DNA of 64,000 nucleotides from Candidatus Altiarchaeota archaeon (GTDB lineage Archaea; Altiarchaeota; Altiarchaeia; IMC4; SCGC-AAA252-I15): NCBI GenBank assembly GCA_043813075.1, contig JBDRLL010000033.1, positions 15,786 to 79,785 of the forward strand, read 5' to 3'. Shown piece by piece: positions 55,415 to 64,000 of this stretch (position 1 is its first letter; each line of letters starts with the position of its first letter). The notes under the pieces were generated by a model. It saw only the letters and a program-made list of their open reading frames with translations, ran no database searches and was not told where the DNA came from. The position numbers and the translations under genes were made by a program.

Positions 55415-56701
55415 ATGGAACCACTCAAATTTCTGTTTATATCGCTGGACGCCCTGATTGGCGACACCGCATGGCAAGTCCAAAAGGAAGGCCATGACGT
55501 AAAATACTACATCAAGGATGCTGAAGAGAGGGAGGTAGCTGACGGTTTCGTGCCCAAGATAGATGAATGGGAGAGTGAAGTCGCATGGGCGGACGTCATA
55601 GTCTTCGATGATGTTCTCGGCCAGGGCACCATAGCCAAAAAACTCCGTGACGAAGGCAACCTGGTTGTCGGGGGCACGCCCTACACCGACATGCTGGAGG
55701 ATGACAGAAGCTTCGGCCAGGAGGAGTTGAGGAGCAAGGGCGTGTCGATAATACCCCACCAGAATTTCAAATCGTTCGACGACGCCATAAGATTCGTGGA
55801 GGAGAACCCCAACAAGTATGTGATAAAGCCGAGTGGAGAAGCCCAGAACAAGAAACAACTACTGTATGTTGGCGAGGAGGATAACGGCCGTGACGTCATA
55901 CAGGTCTTGAACCACTACAAGCAGGTGTGGTCGCATAAGATAAAGGAGTTCCAACTGCAGAAGAGGATCACTGGCGTGGAAGTGGCTGTGGGAGCCTTCT
56001 TCAACGGGAATGAGTTCATCAAGCCGATAAACGTGAACTTCGAGCACAAGAAACTCTTCCCAGGGAACATCGGCCCGGCCACCGGGGAGATGGGGACTAG
56101 CATGTTCTGGAGCAATCCTAACAAGCTTTTCTATTCCACGCTCGAGAAGATGGAGATGAAACTTAAGGAAGAGAACTACGTGGGATACGTCGACATAAAC
56201 TGCATTGTAAACAGCAATGGAGTGTACCCGCTCGAGTTCACCACCCGTTTCGGATACCCAGCCATATTCATACAGCAGGAGGGGATGATAAACCCGATCG
56301 GGGAATTTTTCCACATGATAGCGGCAGGAGAGAATCCGCAGCTTAAGGTCAGGAACGGCTTTCAGGTGGGAGTCAGGATAATAATGCCCCCATACCCGTT
56401 CACAGACCAGGAGGCGTTCGACACGCACTCGAAGGAGGCGGTCATAATATTCAAGAAGCCGAACAAGGAGGGAGTCCACATAGAGGACGTTAAGAAGGTG
56501 GACGGCGAATGGGTTGTGGCAGGCACCAACGGCGTTGTGGTTACTGTAGTCGGCTGCGGGCAGACCATGAACCAGGCGAGGAGCAGGGCATACAAGCGGG
56601 TTAACAATATCATACTCCCCAACATGTATTTCAGGAGGGATATAGGGGAGAGATGGTTTGAGGACAGCGACAAACTGCATACGTGGGGTTATCTGAGATA
56701 A
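55415..56701 (+). CDS. PurD-like ATP-grasp ligase (non-canonical phosphoribosylamine-glycine ligase family)
   Basis: LE.DR, YVIKPSG, GVEVAV, FEHKKL.PG..GP.TGEMG, LEFT.RFGYP, YFR.DIG; lacks GxGGREH. Confidence 0.8.
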   Translation: MEPLKFLFISLDALIGDTAWQVQKEGHDVKYYIKDAEEREVADGFVPKIDEWESEVAWADVIVFDDVLGQGTIAKKLRDEGNLVVGGTPYTDMLEDDRSFGQEELRSKGVSIIPHQNFKSFDDAIRFVEENPNKYVIKPSGEAQNKKQLLYVGEEDNGRDVIQVLNHYKQVWSHKIKEFQLQKRITGVEVAVGAFFNGNEFIKPINVNFEHKKLFPGNIGPATGEMGTSMFWSNPNKLFYSTLEKMEMKLKEENYVGYVDINCIVNSNGVYPLEFTTRFGYPAIFIQQEGMINPIGEFFHMIAAGENPQLKVRNGFQVGVRIIMPPYPFTDQEAFDTHSKEAVIIFKKPNKEGVHIEDVKKVDGEWVVAGTNGVVVTVVGCGQTMNQARSRAYKRVNNIILPNMYFRRDIGERWFEDSDKLHTWGYLR

Positions 56702-56711
56702 AGGTGATTTC

Positions 56712-57236
56712 ATGGTTAGGGTATCTTACACCGTGAGAAAGAAGAAGCAGACCGAGGTTATCAGGAGGCTCAGGCACAAGGACATACCAGAAATCAAGAG
56801 TATGATGAAGGAGGGTAATGTCTTCACCGACACCGACGTCAAGGGCATTTCAGACATGATCAGGAACTACTTCCTCGACCCTGAGGGGGAGGAGATGCGT
56901 ACTTACGTCTATAAAGTCGATGACGCTGTCGCAGGATTCGTCACATTCGGCGTGGACAACGGAGTCGACGCCTACGAGATATACGCGCTGAGCGTCCACC
57001 CGGACTACCAGGGGAGGGGCATCGGATCCCGTCTCATAAAGTTTGCAGAAGCACGGATAAGGGAGAAGAGATCCCGCCTAATCTGCATTTCAACATCATC
57101 AGCACAGGAATACTCTCCAGCAAGAAGACTATACAGGCGGACAGGCTACAACAGGGTGGCGATGGTAAAAGACTTCTTCAGTGAAGGAGAAAACAAGATA
57201 ATATACTGCAAGAGACTAAGGAAGAAAAAAGGATAG
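56712..57236 (+). CDS. GNAT N-acetyltransferase
   Basis: V.PDYQGRGIGS acetyl-CoA motif, A.RLY...GY; GGTGA SD. Confidence 0.9.
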   Translation: MVRVSYTVRKKKQTEVIRRLRHKDIPEIKSMMKEGNVFTDTDVKGISDMIRNYFLDPEGEEMRTYVYKVDDAVAGFVTFGVDNGVDAYEIYALSVHPDYQGRGIGSRLIKFAEARIREKRSRLICISTSSAQEYSPARRLYRRTGYNRVAMVKDFFSEGENKIIYCKRLRKKKG

Positions 57237-57276
57237 CGAACGCTATTTATATATCATGCCTGCCTTATCCTGAGAG

Positions 57277-57621
57277 ATGGATGCGAGAAGAATCGGTGTA
57301 TACGCTGGAATGCTGGTACTGGCCTCGATGTTCATCATATCAGTCTACGACCATCCGGCGTCCGCGGAACTCCAGGCCAACAACATAGTCGATCAAGACG
57401 CTTCTCAGGCTGTTGCACACGACTGTGTTGACTTCATAGACGAGGATGGGGACGGCAAATGCGATATGGAGCTCACATGCGCGAAACACAATTCAGGGGA
57501 AGCCTGCGGGAACCACCCTGAGACAGGGGCACAGGAGCCCGGCAAGACGCTGAGCCCGAACTGCGGAGCATGCCCTAAAAACCAGGCTAACGGCGGAACC
57601 TGCGCTGGGAAATACGTTTAA
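57277..57621 (+). CDS. Small exported Cys-rich protein with DxDGDG Ca-binding loop
   Basis: Signal peptide; CVDFIDEDGDGKCD; CGACP...C. Confidence 0.7.
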   Translation: MDARRIGVYAGMLVLASMFIISVYDHPASAELQANNIVDQDASQAVAHDCVDFIDEDGDGKCDMELTCAKHNSGEACGNHPETGAQEPGKTLSPNCGACPKNQANGGTCAGKYV

Positions 57622-57629
57622 TACTGGAG

Positions 57630-58385
57630 CTATTCCTCTATCCTATTGAACAGGTATATCGCAAGCAGCACAAACAGTAGCGTGAATGCGGATAGCACTG
57701 CGACACACGTCGTGAAGGCTATGTCAGAGCTGCCGGTGAGCAGGTATCGGAGACCGTTCACGCCATACGTGAGGGGGTCGAAGAGGGATAATTTCTGGAG
57801 TACGACTGGCGCTGTGGAAAGGGGGAATAAAGCGCCGCTCAGGAAGAACAAGGGCATTATGAGGAAGTTCATTATCAACTGGAATCCGTGCATGTCATCC
57901 AATGTCGACGCGATCGCTATCCCAAGGGAGACGAACATGACTGAGATGAAGAACATGAATCCGACCAGGAGGATTATGTTTGACACGTGTATCTCAGCGC
58001 CAAGCAGGACTGCCATCAGCATTATTATGACACCCTGTATTATGGCTGTGGTCGCGCCCCCAACAGCCTTGCCTATGACGAGGGAAAGCCTGCTTACCGG
58101 GGCGACGAGAGTCTCCTTGAGGAATCCGAACTGACGGTCCATCAACACGATTATCCCGCTGAACATGGAGCCGAACATCAGCACCATCCCGATTATGCCT
58201 GGCGCTATGAACTGCATGTAGTTCCCGCCCATCGGCAGCCTGAACGCGTTGTTCAAACCGCTGCCGAGTATGGCAAGGAAGAAGAACGGCATCCCCAGGC
58301 TGCCTATAACCCTGCTCTTGGACCTGAAGAATCGTATCAACTCCCTCTTCCACAGGGCGTAAACACCCTCCAACTCCCTGTTCAT
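57630..58385 (-). CDS. ABC-2 type permease (DrrB-like)
   Basis: FIAPGI, GFLKETLVAPVSR, FLSGALFP, PLTYGVNGLR. Confidence 0.93.
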   Translation of the reverse strand: MNRELEGVYALWKRELIRFFRSKSRVIGSLGMPFFFLAILGSGLNNAFRLPMGGNYMQFIAPGIIGMVLMFGSMFSGIIVLMDRQFGFLKETLVAPVSRLSLVIGKAVGGATTAIIQGVIIMLMAVLLGAEIHVSNIILLVGFMFFISVMFVSLGIAIASTLDDMHGFQLIMNFLIMPLFFLSGALFPLSTAPVVLQKLSLFDPLTYGVNGLRYLLTGSSDIAFTTCVAVLSAFTLLFVLLAIYLFNRIEE

Positions 58386-59395
58386 CGCCTATGCCCCCAC
58401 AGTTTTCTACGCATCCTCATCCTTGCCTTAGGGTCTGCCTCACCCTCCCGTATCGTCTTCCCGGTATAGTGGAGGAAGACGTCGTCTAGAGAGGGCTTCC
58501 TCAGGTTAACGGAATCAACGCTAATGCCCTGATTCTCCATGAGCGCTAGGATGCGGGGTATCTTCTCCTCACCCCGTTCAACACGAACGTCTATGAAACC
58601 ATCATGCTGTATGACAGACTTGACCCAGTCCAAACCCTTCAGGAGCTCTGAGCACCCTGCAGCACCCGCGCACTTGATGGAGACGATGTCACCGCCGAGA
58701 CTGTTCTTAAGGTTCTCCGGCGTGTCCACCGCGATAATCCTCCCTGAATCGATTATCGCAATCCTGTCGCACACTTTATCGGCCTCATCCATGTAGTGTG
58801 TGGTCAATATTATAGTTATCCTCTCCACCTCATTCAGCTTCTGGATGTGCTCCCATATGTTAGCCCTCGTCTGCGGGTCCAGACCCAGGGTCGGCTCGTC
58901 GAGGAAGAGTATCTTAGGGTGGTGGACAAGGCCCCGCGCAATCTCAAGCCTCCGCTTCATGCCGCCCGAGAAAGTCTTGACTAGGGAGTTAATGTTCTTC
59001 TCCAGCTCCACGAGACGTATGACCTCCTCGATTCGGGAACGCCTGACCTCCTTGGGGACGCCATACATTGCAGCATGCATCTCAAGATTCTCCAACGCAG
59101 TGAGCTCATCGTCGAGACTCGGATCCTGGAAGACTATGCCAATACTCTTGCGGACCCCGTCCGCCTGCCTGATTATGTCGAAGCCGTTCACAATAGCCCT
59201 CCCCCCGGTGGGCTTACGCATGGTCACGAGCATTGAAATCAGAGTCGTCTTGCCCGCGCCATTCGGCCCCAATAGGCCGAAAACCATGCCCTCACCTATG
59301 GAGAGGCTCACAGAGTCGACAGCCTTAAGGCGGCCGTAAGACTTGGTCAGCCCCTCAAGCTCTATTGCATTCATGCTGGAATCGTTTTTAGACAT
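58382..59395 (-). CDS. ABC transporter ATP-binding protein (DrrA-like)
   Basis: GPNGAGKTT, FSGGMKRRLEIARGL, LFLDEPT.GLDP, TTHYMDEAD; start at 59395 or 59374. Confidence 0.93.
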   Translation of the reverse strand: MSKNDSSMNAIELEGLTKSYGRLKAVDSVSLSIGEGMVFGLLGPNGAGKTTLISMLVTMRKPTGGRAIVNGFDIIRQADGVRKSIGIVFQDPSLDDELTALENLEMHAAMYGVPKEVRRSRIEEVIRLVELEKNINSLVKTFSGGMKRRLEIARGLVHHPKILFLDEPTLGLDPQTRANIWEHIQKLNEVERITIILTTHYMDEADKVCDRIAIIDSGRIIAVDTPENLKNSLGGDIVSIKCAGAAGCSELLKGLDWVKSVIQHDGFIDVRVERGEEKIPRILALMENQGISVDSVNLRKPSLDDVFLHYTGKTIREGEADPKARMRMRRKLWGHRR

Positions 59396-59474
59396 GTGAT
59401 AAGAAGAATGCATGAAAGAGTATAAAAACAGAAGATGGGGGGGATATAATAGCGTAATGCCAGTTTTTAACGGT

Positions 59475-61289
59475 ATGGCGTCCTTGACGCGTAAGTCTGC
59501 TGTAGAGCTGACGGATAGGGGTGGTTTTCTGCCGCAGTTGAAGGATAAGACGCTTAGCGTGGACAGGCTTCTAGAGGATTTGGGTGTGATGTTCCGGGAG
59601 GCGTCTGGCGCTAAGGATGTTATATCGGCTGTGAGGTCCAGCAGGCAGAGGGCTCTTAGAGACGCTCTAGGGCTTGGAGAGCATGAGGATGTTATGGTAC
59701 CGGAGCTGCTGGCGCCGGTCAGGAGGACGGTCCAGAAGGCGGTTAGAAGACAGTTAAGAGAGGATAAGGAACTCTTGGGAGTGCCTGCTGGGGAGTGGAG
59801 TAGGGGGAGGCGGAGGGAGTTATCACAGGAACTGGCGGGATACTCCCTTGCGCTAGGATTCCAGAGTGCCATTGAATCAGGGGATCTGACAAGAGACCAG
59901 GCTAGGGAACTCTCTGAATCACTGACCCGGAGGAACAAGTGGAATAGGAGAGTGAAATTCGGGAGATGGGGTGTTGAGGCAGTGCTCCTGGTGGGAGCCC
60001 TAACCATCGCTGGCACCAGGTTCGGGACATGGGTTAACGACTGCGGGGGATTCAACCCTAAAAACTGGTTTGCGACAACAGACTACACGTTCAACACCGC
60101 GGCAGAAAAGCTTGAGGACATGGGCTTCGGAAAACAAGCCCATATACTCGAGGATGTGGGGGGAAACTGGGAGGGGGTTAGGCGCGAGATGGCTGGGAGA
60201 CTTCACGTGAGCGTTGACTCGCTGAGAAGCGACCCGTTGAACTACATCAACCCCACGCCACAATACAGGTTCGAGGGGAATGTTGGGGCGAGAACCCACT
60301 TGGGGGATAACGCGGGATTATACGTCCCATTCTTCGACGCCATAATGCTGGACGGATTCAACTTCACGAGGTCGGACCTTATTCACGAACTCACCCACCG
60401 GGCGGGAGGATTCAGGGAAACATACGGGAACAAGGTGGGGGGAAACTACTATTACTCAGACATGGAGGAGGGCGTCTGCAACATAGTGGCCGGCGAAGAC
60501 CAGGAATACCTGAGGCCCACCACACTGCAGACGCAACTACTCGTGCTTGCGGCAGGACTAGGAGAGTCGAGCGGAGATGCGGGAGCTGAAGGCAGTCTAG
60601 AGGGTATGTGGGATAGGGGCATGAGTATTGTGGGCGACGCTTACGTGAACGCCAGGTCGGTTGAGCCGATAAGACAGTCTGTAGACAAGCTGGGGGCAGG
60701 AACCTTTGATAGGATAGTCGCTCAGCCGTACGACGGGAAAACCATTGACGGAAGCCTGAGGTCCATCTTAGAATCCCTGAGACTGCTGGAGGAGAAGGGG
60801 GTTAGCATACTGAAGGTGATGGACTACTGTCAGAAGCAGGTTTTCGGGCCTGACGCAGACACGTCATTATTCCCGGAGGGGAAGATGTGGGCTTTCCTAA
60901 GGATGCAGATGGCGAGGGACATTAAGGAGTCTGGAGACGGGACGGGGATAGTGGAGGGATTACGCAGGCTTCGTGGGGAATACGCCGGAACATCCTTCAG
61001 AAGCCTGTTCGACCTGGGGATAGCTGATGAAGTAGAGTTGGAGCAACGAGACCCTAATGCCGCGGCAACCGTCCTGAGGGATGCCTGGATGGGGGACGGC
61101 GAAAACCATTTCGGAAAGGCCTGCGGGATAAGATACCTTGAAGTCGAATGCAAGAAGGCTTCCATGGGAGAGCCAGTGGACTCCAGAAGGCTACGTGAGG
61201 ACTTGGACAGGATTAGGGGTAGCGGCCTCTCAGAGCAACAGCAGGAAAAGATGATTGTGGTAGGAGACGCCGTAGAGCGGCTAAGATAG
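59475..61289 (+). CDS. Hypothetical membrane protein with internal TM and zincin-like HExxH domain
   Basis: TM GVEAVLLVGALTIAG; LIHELTH followed by MEEG. Confidence 0.7.
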   Translation: MASLTRKSAVELTDRGGFLPQLKDKTLSVDRLLEDLGVMFREASGAKDVISAVRSSRQRALRDALGLGEHEDVMVPELLAPVRRTVQKAVRRQLREDKELLGVPAGEWSRGRRRELSQELAGYSLALGFQSAIESGDLTRDQARELSESLTRRNKWNRRVKFGRWGVEAVLLVGALTIAGTRFGTWVNDCGGFNPKNWFATTDYTFNTAAEKLEDMGFGKQAHILEDVGGNWEGVRREMAGRLHVSVDSLRSDPLNYINPTPQYRFEGNVGARTHLGDNAGLYVPFFDAIMLDGFNFTRSDLIHELTHRAGGFRETYGNKVGGNYYYSDMEEGVCNIVAGEDQEYLRPTTLQTQLLVLAAGLGESSGDAGAEGSLEGMWDRGMSIVGDAYVNARSVEPIRQSVDKLGAGTFDRIVAQPYDGKTIDGSLRSILESLRLLEEKGVSILKVMDYCQKQVFGPDADTSLFPEGKMWAFLRMQMARDIKESGDGTGIVEGLRRLRGEYAGTSFRSLFDLGIADEVELEQRDPNAAATVLRDAWMGDGENHFGKACGIRYLEVECKKASMGEPVDSRRLREDLDRIRGSGLSEQQQEKMIVVGDAVERLR

Positions 61290-61305
61290 GGATAAGACGC
61301 GTGTT

Positions 61306-63063
61306 TCAGAGTTTCTGCTTCATCCAAAGCTCGTGGAAAAGACCCTTCTGGCCTATCAACTGCTTGAATGCCCCCTGCTCCACAATCTCGCCATTCCTCA
61401 TGACTATTATCTTATCCATCTCCTGTATGGTCGTGATGCGGTGGGCTATGACTATGGCCGTGACATCCTTGAAGACTTTCCGGAGGGAGTCCTGTATCTT
61501 CTGCTCGCTGTTGGCGTCCAACTGGGAGGTGGGCTCGTCGAGGAAGAGTATCTGCGGGCACTTGTAGAAAGCCCGGGCAATGCTGAGCCTCTGTTTCTCC
61601 CCGCCAGACAACTTCACGCCCTTCTCCCCGATCACAGTCTCGACGCCTGCCGGAAGCCCGGCCACTAGTTCCGTCAGATTCGCCATCTCCAAAGCCTTGC
61701 CCAGGTCCTGTGTCGAACCTCCAGCTATTTCAATGTTCTCCCTCAGCGTGCTGTTAAACACTTCAGTCTCCTGGGGCACCACCGCAATGCTCTTTATGTA
61801 AGAGTGCCGGTCTATGTCCCTGAGCGGGACGTCATCAACGAGAATGTCGCCGGAGTAGGTCTCATCAAGCTTAAGCATCAGCTTGAAGAGCGTCGACTTG
61901 CCGGAGCCTGTGGGCCCCACCACCCCAACCTTCTCCCCCCGGGAGATGCTGAAGCTCGCATTCTTAACCGCTGAAGACCTGCAGGGATAGGAGAAAGAGA
62001 GGTTTTTGACTGTTATCACACCCCATCCGGTAGGCAGCGGCTTTTTACCGGAGACTTCGACAGTCGGCTTCTCATCCATCACCTCAACCAGCCGGCCTAC
62101 TGCAGCACACTCCTCTATGACCTGGTCAGCCACCCTCGACATGCCGGCCGTAGCCCTAAGCACGTTGTCGAAGTAGACGTAGAACATCACGAAGACCCCC
62201 ACCTCCAGGCTTCCGGAGAATATGCTGTAGCTTATGTACAATAGTATCACGAACTTCAAGCCGACCGCGTAGACTGTTGTGGCGATCTCACGCACCCTGA
62301 ACTGCTTCTGCAGCTTTAAGACCTCACGCGTCAAAGTCGTGTTCACGCTCGACACGCGCTCGAGCACTGGCCTGCTCAAATCCATCACCTTTATGATGCT
62401 TATGTTAGCTATGGACTCGAAGTTCACTCCGCCAGCAGACTCCTTCGCAGCCTGCACTATCTTAAGCTGCCTGCTCTGCCTGCGGCGCAGGAAGAAGGAG
62501 AGCAGGTAGTATGATGATGCGAAAGCCATTAATCCTAGGCTAAGCTCGACCTGGAGGTATAGCATCACCAAGGCCGCGCCGAAGATGCTGACGAGAGCGC
62601 CAATCAAGTCAGTGAACAGCAGGTGGATGAGCTTGGTTATGCCCTGGGTACCGTTCATAACCCGCTGCATCTTGCTGCCAGCGTAATCGCTCTCATGCCA
62701 GCTTAAGTCAAGCGAGAAGATGTGCCGCATGGCAGACACCTTAGCGTCCAAGCCAACCGACTCTGCCACACCATAACCCAAAAGCACCCCCATCCTACCG
62801 CTAAAAGCCCTGTAGAGGCTTGTGAACAGCCATAAAACAAGGAGTATCACCAGGTACCTCAGGGAATCCCCTGGCAAGTAGGTGGTTAGGAATGTCGTCA
62901 TCTCCCCCAGAGCATAAGCAGGGAAAAGACCGGCAGACTCGCTCGTCACACTCAAAAAAACGGCGAACACAAGACGCCACCTATACCTGCCCAAATAAGG
63001 CCAGACATAGCGCACCAGATCAGTGAAACCATAATCCGGAGAAACCTCAGGCTCGGAACCCAC
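61306..63063 (-). CDS. ABC exporter, fused permease/ATPase (MsbA/MdlB-like)
   Basis: Six-TM domain; GPTGSGKST, LSGGEKQR, LDEPTSQLD, IAHR. Confidence 0.93.
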   Translation of the reverse strand: MGSEPEVSPDYGFTDLVRYVWPYLGRYRWRLVFAVFLSVTSESAGLFPAYALGEMTTFLTTYLPGDSLRYLVILLVLWLFTSLYRAFSGRMGVLLGYGVAESVGLDAKVSAMRHIFSLDLSWHESDYAGSKMQRVMNGTQGITKLIHLLFTDLIGALVSIFGAALVMLYLQVELSLGLMAFASSYYLLSFFLRRRQSRQLKIVQAAKESAGGVNFESIANISIIKVMDLSRPVLERVSSVNTTLTREVLKLQKQFRVREIATTVYAVGLKFVILLYISYSIFSGSLEVGVFVMFYVYFDNVLRATAGMSRVADQVIEECAAVGRLVEVMDEKPTVEVSGKKPLPTGWGVITVKNLSFSYPCRSSAVKNASFSISRGEKVGVVGPTGSGKSTLFKLMLKLDETYSGDILVDDVPLRDIDRHSYIKSIAVVPQETEVFNSTLRENIEIAGGSTQDLGKALEMANLTELVAGLPAGVETVIGEKGVKLSGGEKQRLSIARAFYKCPQILFLDEPTSQLDANSEQKIQDSLRKVFKDVTAIVIAHRITTIQEMDKIIVMRNGEIVEQGAFKQLIGQKGLFHELWMKQKL

Positions 63064-63224
63064 AATAAATATTCCACACCAACGCTAAATAGACCACAAC
63101 CAATCAAAACAGGAAAGCCGAGGGGGAAAACAAAAAGATGTGGGGGTCAGGGCCTAAAGACCATTAAGTCCAGCACTTCTGGGGGATATTGTATTAAATG
63201 GGATTTGAGACATAGTTAAGCATT

Positions 63225-63917
63225 ATGCGCAGTAAGATTGTGGATGATGGAGTCAACCCGGGTTTAGAAAAGCATAACACATACCTGGAGAACATCATTG
63301 ACGCAATACCTGGCTTCTACCTGATTGGCGTACTCATGTGGCCAACTATCTTTAAGATGCATGCGGACACTGTTAAGGCATTCCTTATGTTGGAGGTCGC
63401 GTATATTTTTATTATTCTCGGAGTTGTAGCGCTTTCAGATGAATTTAGAGGATCCAAAAGGAGGAGGGAGGGGAGATATCATGATTTGATGGTGGGCTTG
63501 CTGATTTTTTCTGCACCATACATTTTGATATTATATCTAGCAGGCCAGGCAGCAAGACAACCACTACTTGTAGCCTACTTCCTCGCATTCATAATCAGCA
63601 CGCTACGTAGGATGCTGGGTAAGGAAAAGAAGGACCATTACATAGTACTCACAAACTGGACCATCTCATTCTTTTGCATATCAATCAGCTTATTCGTCGG
63701 CGTATTCCTAAAACTCCTTGTCGCAGGCGACTCGCTAATATGGGATACGGACTGTGTTAAGGGATTATGCGTGAATAGCGACCTCAGATTCTTTGCAGCA
63801 TGGATGGGGTCATACTACCTCATCATGATACTGGGAAGAATACTCCTCTGGGACAAGATAATGGACCACGTAAAACAAACAATAAACCAAATAAAAAAAA
63901 GAAAAAACAAGACCTAA
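63225..63917 (+). CDS. Hypothetical multi-TM membrane protein (AT-richer than neighbours)
   Basis: About six hydrophobic segments; no motif recognised. Confidence 0.7.
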   Translation: MRSKIVDDGVNPGLEKHNTYLENIIDAIPGFYLIGVLMWPTIFKMHADTVKAFLMLEVAYIFIILGVVALSDEFRGSKRRREGRYHDLMVGLLIFSAPYILILYLAGQAARQPLLVAYFLAFIISTLRRMLGKEKKDHYIVLTNWTISFFCISISLFVGVFLKLLVAGDSLIWDTDCVKGLCVNSDLRFFAAWMGSYYLIMILGRILLWDKIMDHVKQTINQIKKRKNKT

Positions 63918-64000
63918 ACCAAAATATCAGCCATCAAACAATAGTGAAGATGAATCCTTTGATAAACAATTAATAAATATTTGGGGCCAGGGGGATTTGA

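Noticed and set aside
55859-56713. 284-aa antisense ORF (and many similar 60-250 aa shadows)
   Set aside because: Lies opposite a well-supported gene; explained by codon bias.
59396-60055. N-terminal extension of the ABC ATPase
   Set aside because: Antisense to the 59475 gene and crosses an AT-rich promoter region.
63064-63224. tRNA or ncRNA in the intergenic gap
   Set aside because: No cloverleaf, T-loop or convincing stem; looks like a divergent promoter region.
1-64000. Mobile elements, inteins, provirus
   Set aside because: No transposase, integrase, capsid or terminal-repeat signatures seen; RFC-L and Hel308 have no intein-sized insertions.

Overview
Gene-dense archaeal chromosomal window, about half GC by eye. 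Archaeal markers include RFC-L, Hel308, Dph5, Elp3, aMBF1, phosphopantothenate synthetase, type II MetAP, GGTGA Shine-Dalgarno sites and TATA-like boxes. The mix of housekeeping genes, Cys/Thr-rich surface proteins and an S-layer/hamus-like gene suggests a DPANN-type lineage, plausibly Ca. Altiarchaeota (inference only). It holds about 55 CDS and one stand-alone 5S rRNA; I found no tRNA, CRISPR array or mobile element. Best candidate for an undescribed system is a tandem cassette at 50736-54298: two secreted proteins share a homologous Cys-rich N-terminal domain and a Thr linker but end in different hydrolase-like domains (a group XII-like phospholipase A2 and a HExxH zincin), followed by a small membrane-anchored partner. 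Other notable items are a 915-aa S-layer/hamus-like gene with an upstream membrane-tethered HTH regulator and GTAC repeats, a 1720-aa Cys-Trp repeat surface protein, and three tandem aryl-sulfotransferase-like genes sharing an RLxxxGY motif with a Thr-type sulfatase. There is also a PIP-box-bearing HD hydrolase facing a PIP-less RFC-L, and a non-canonical PurD-like ATP-grasp/GNAT pair. All calls come from reading motifs by eye; no searches were run.
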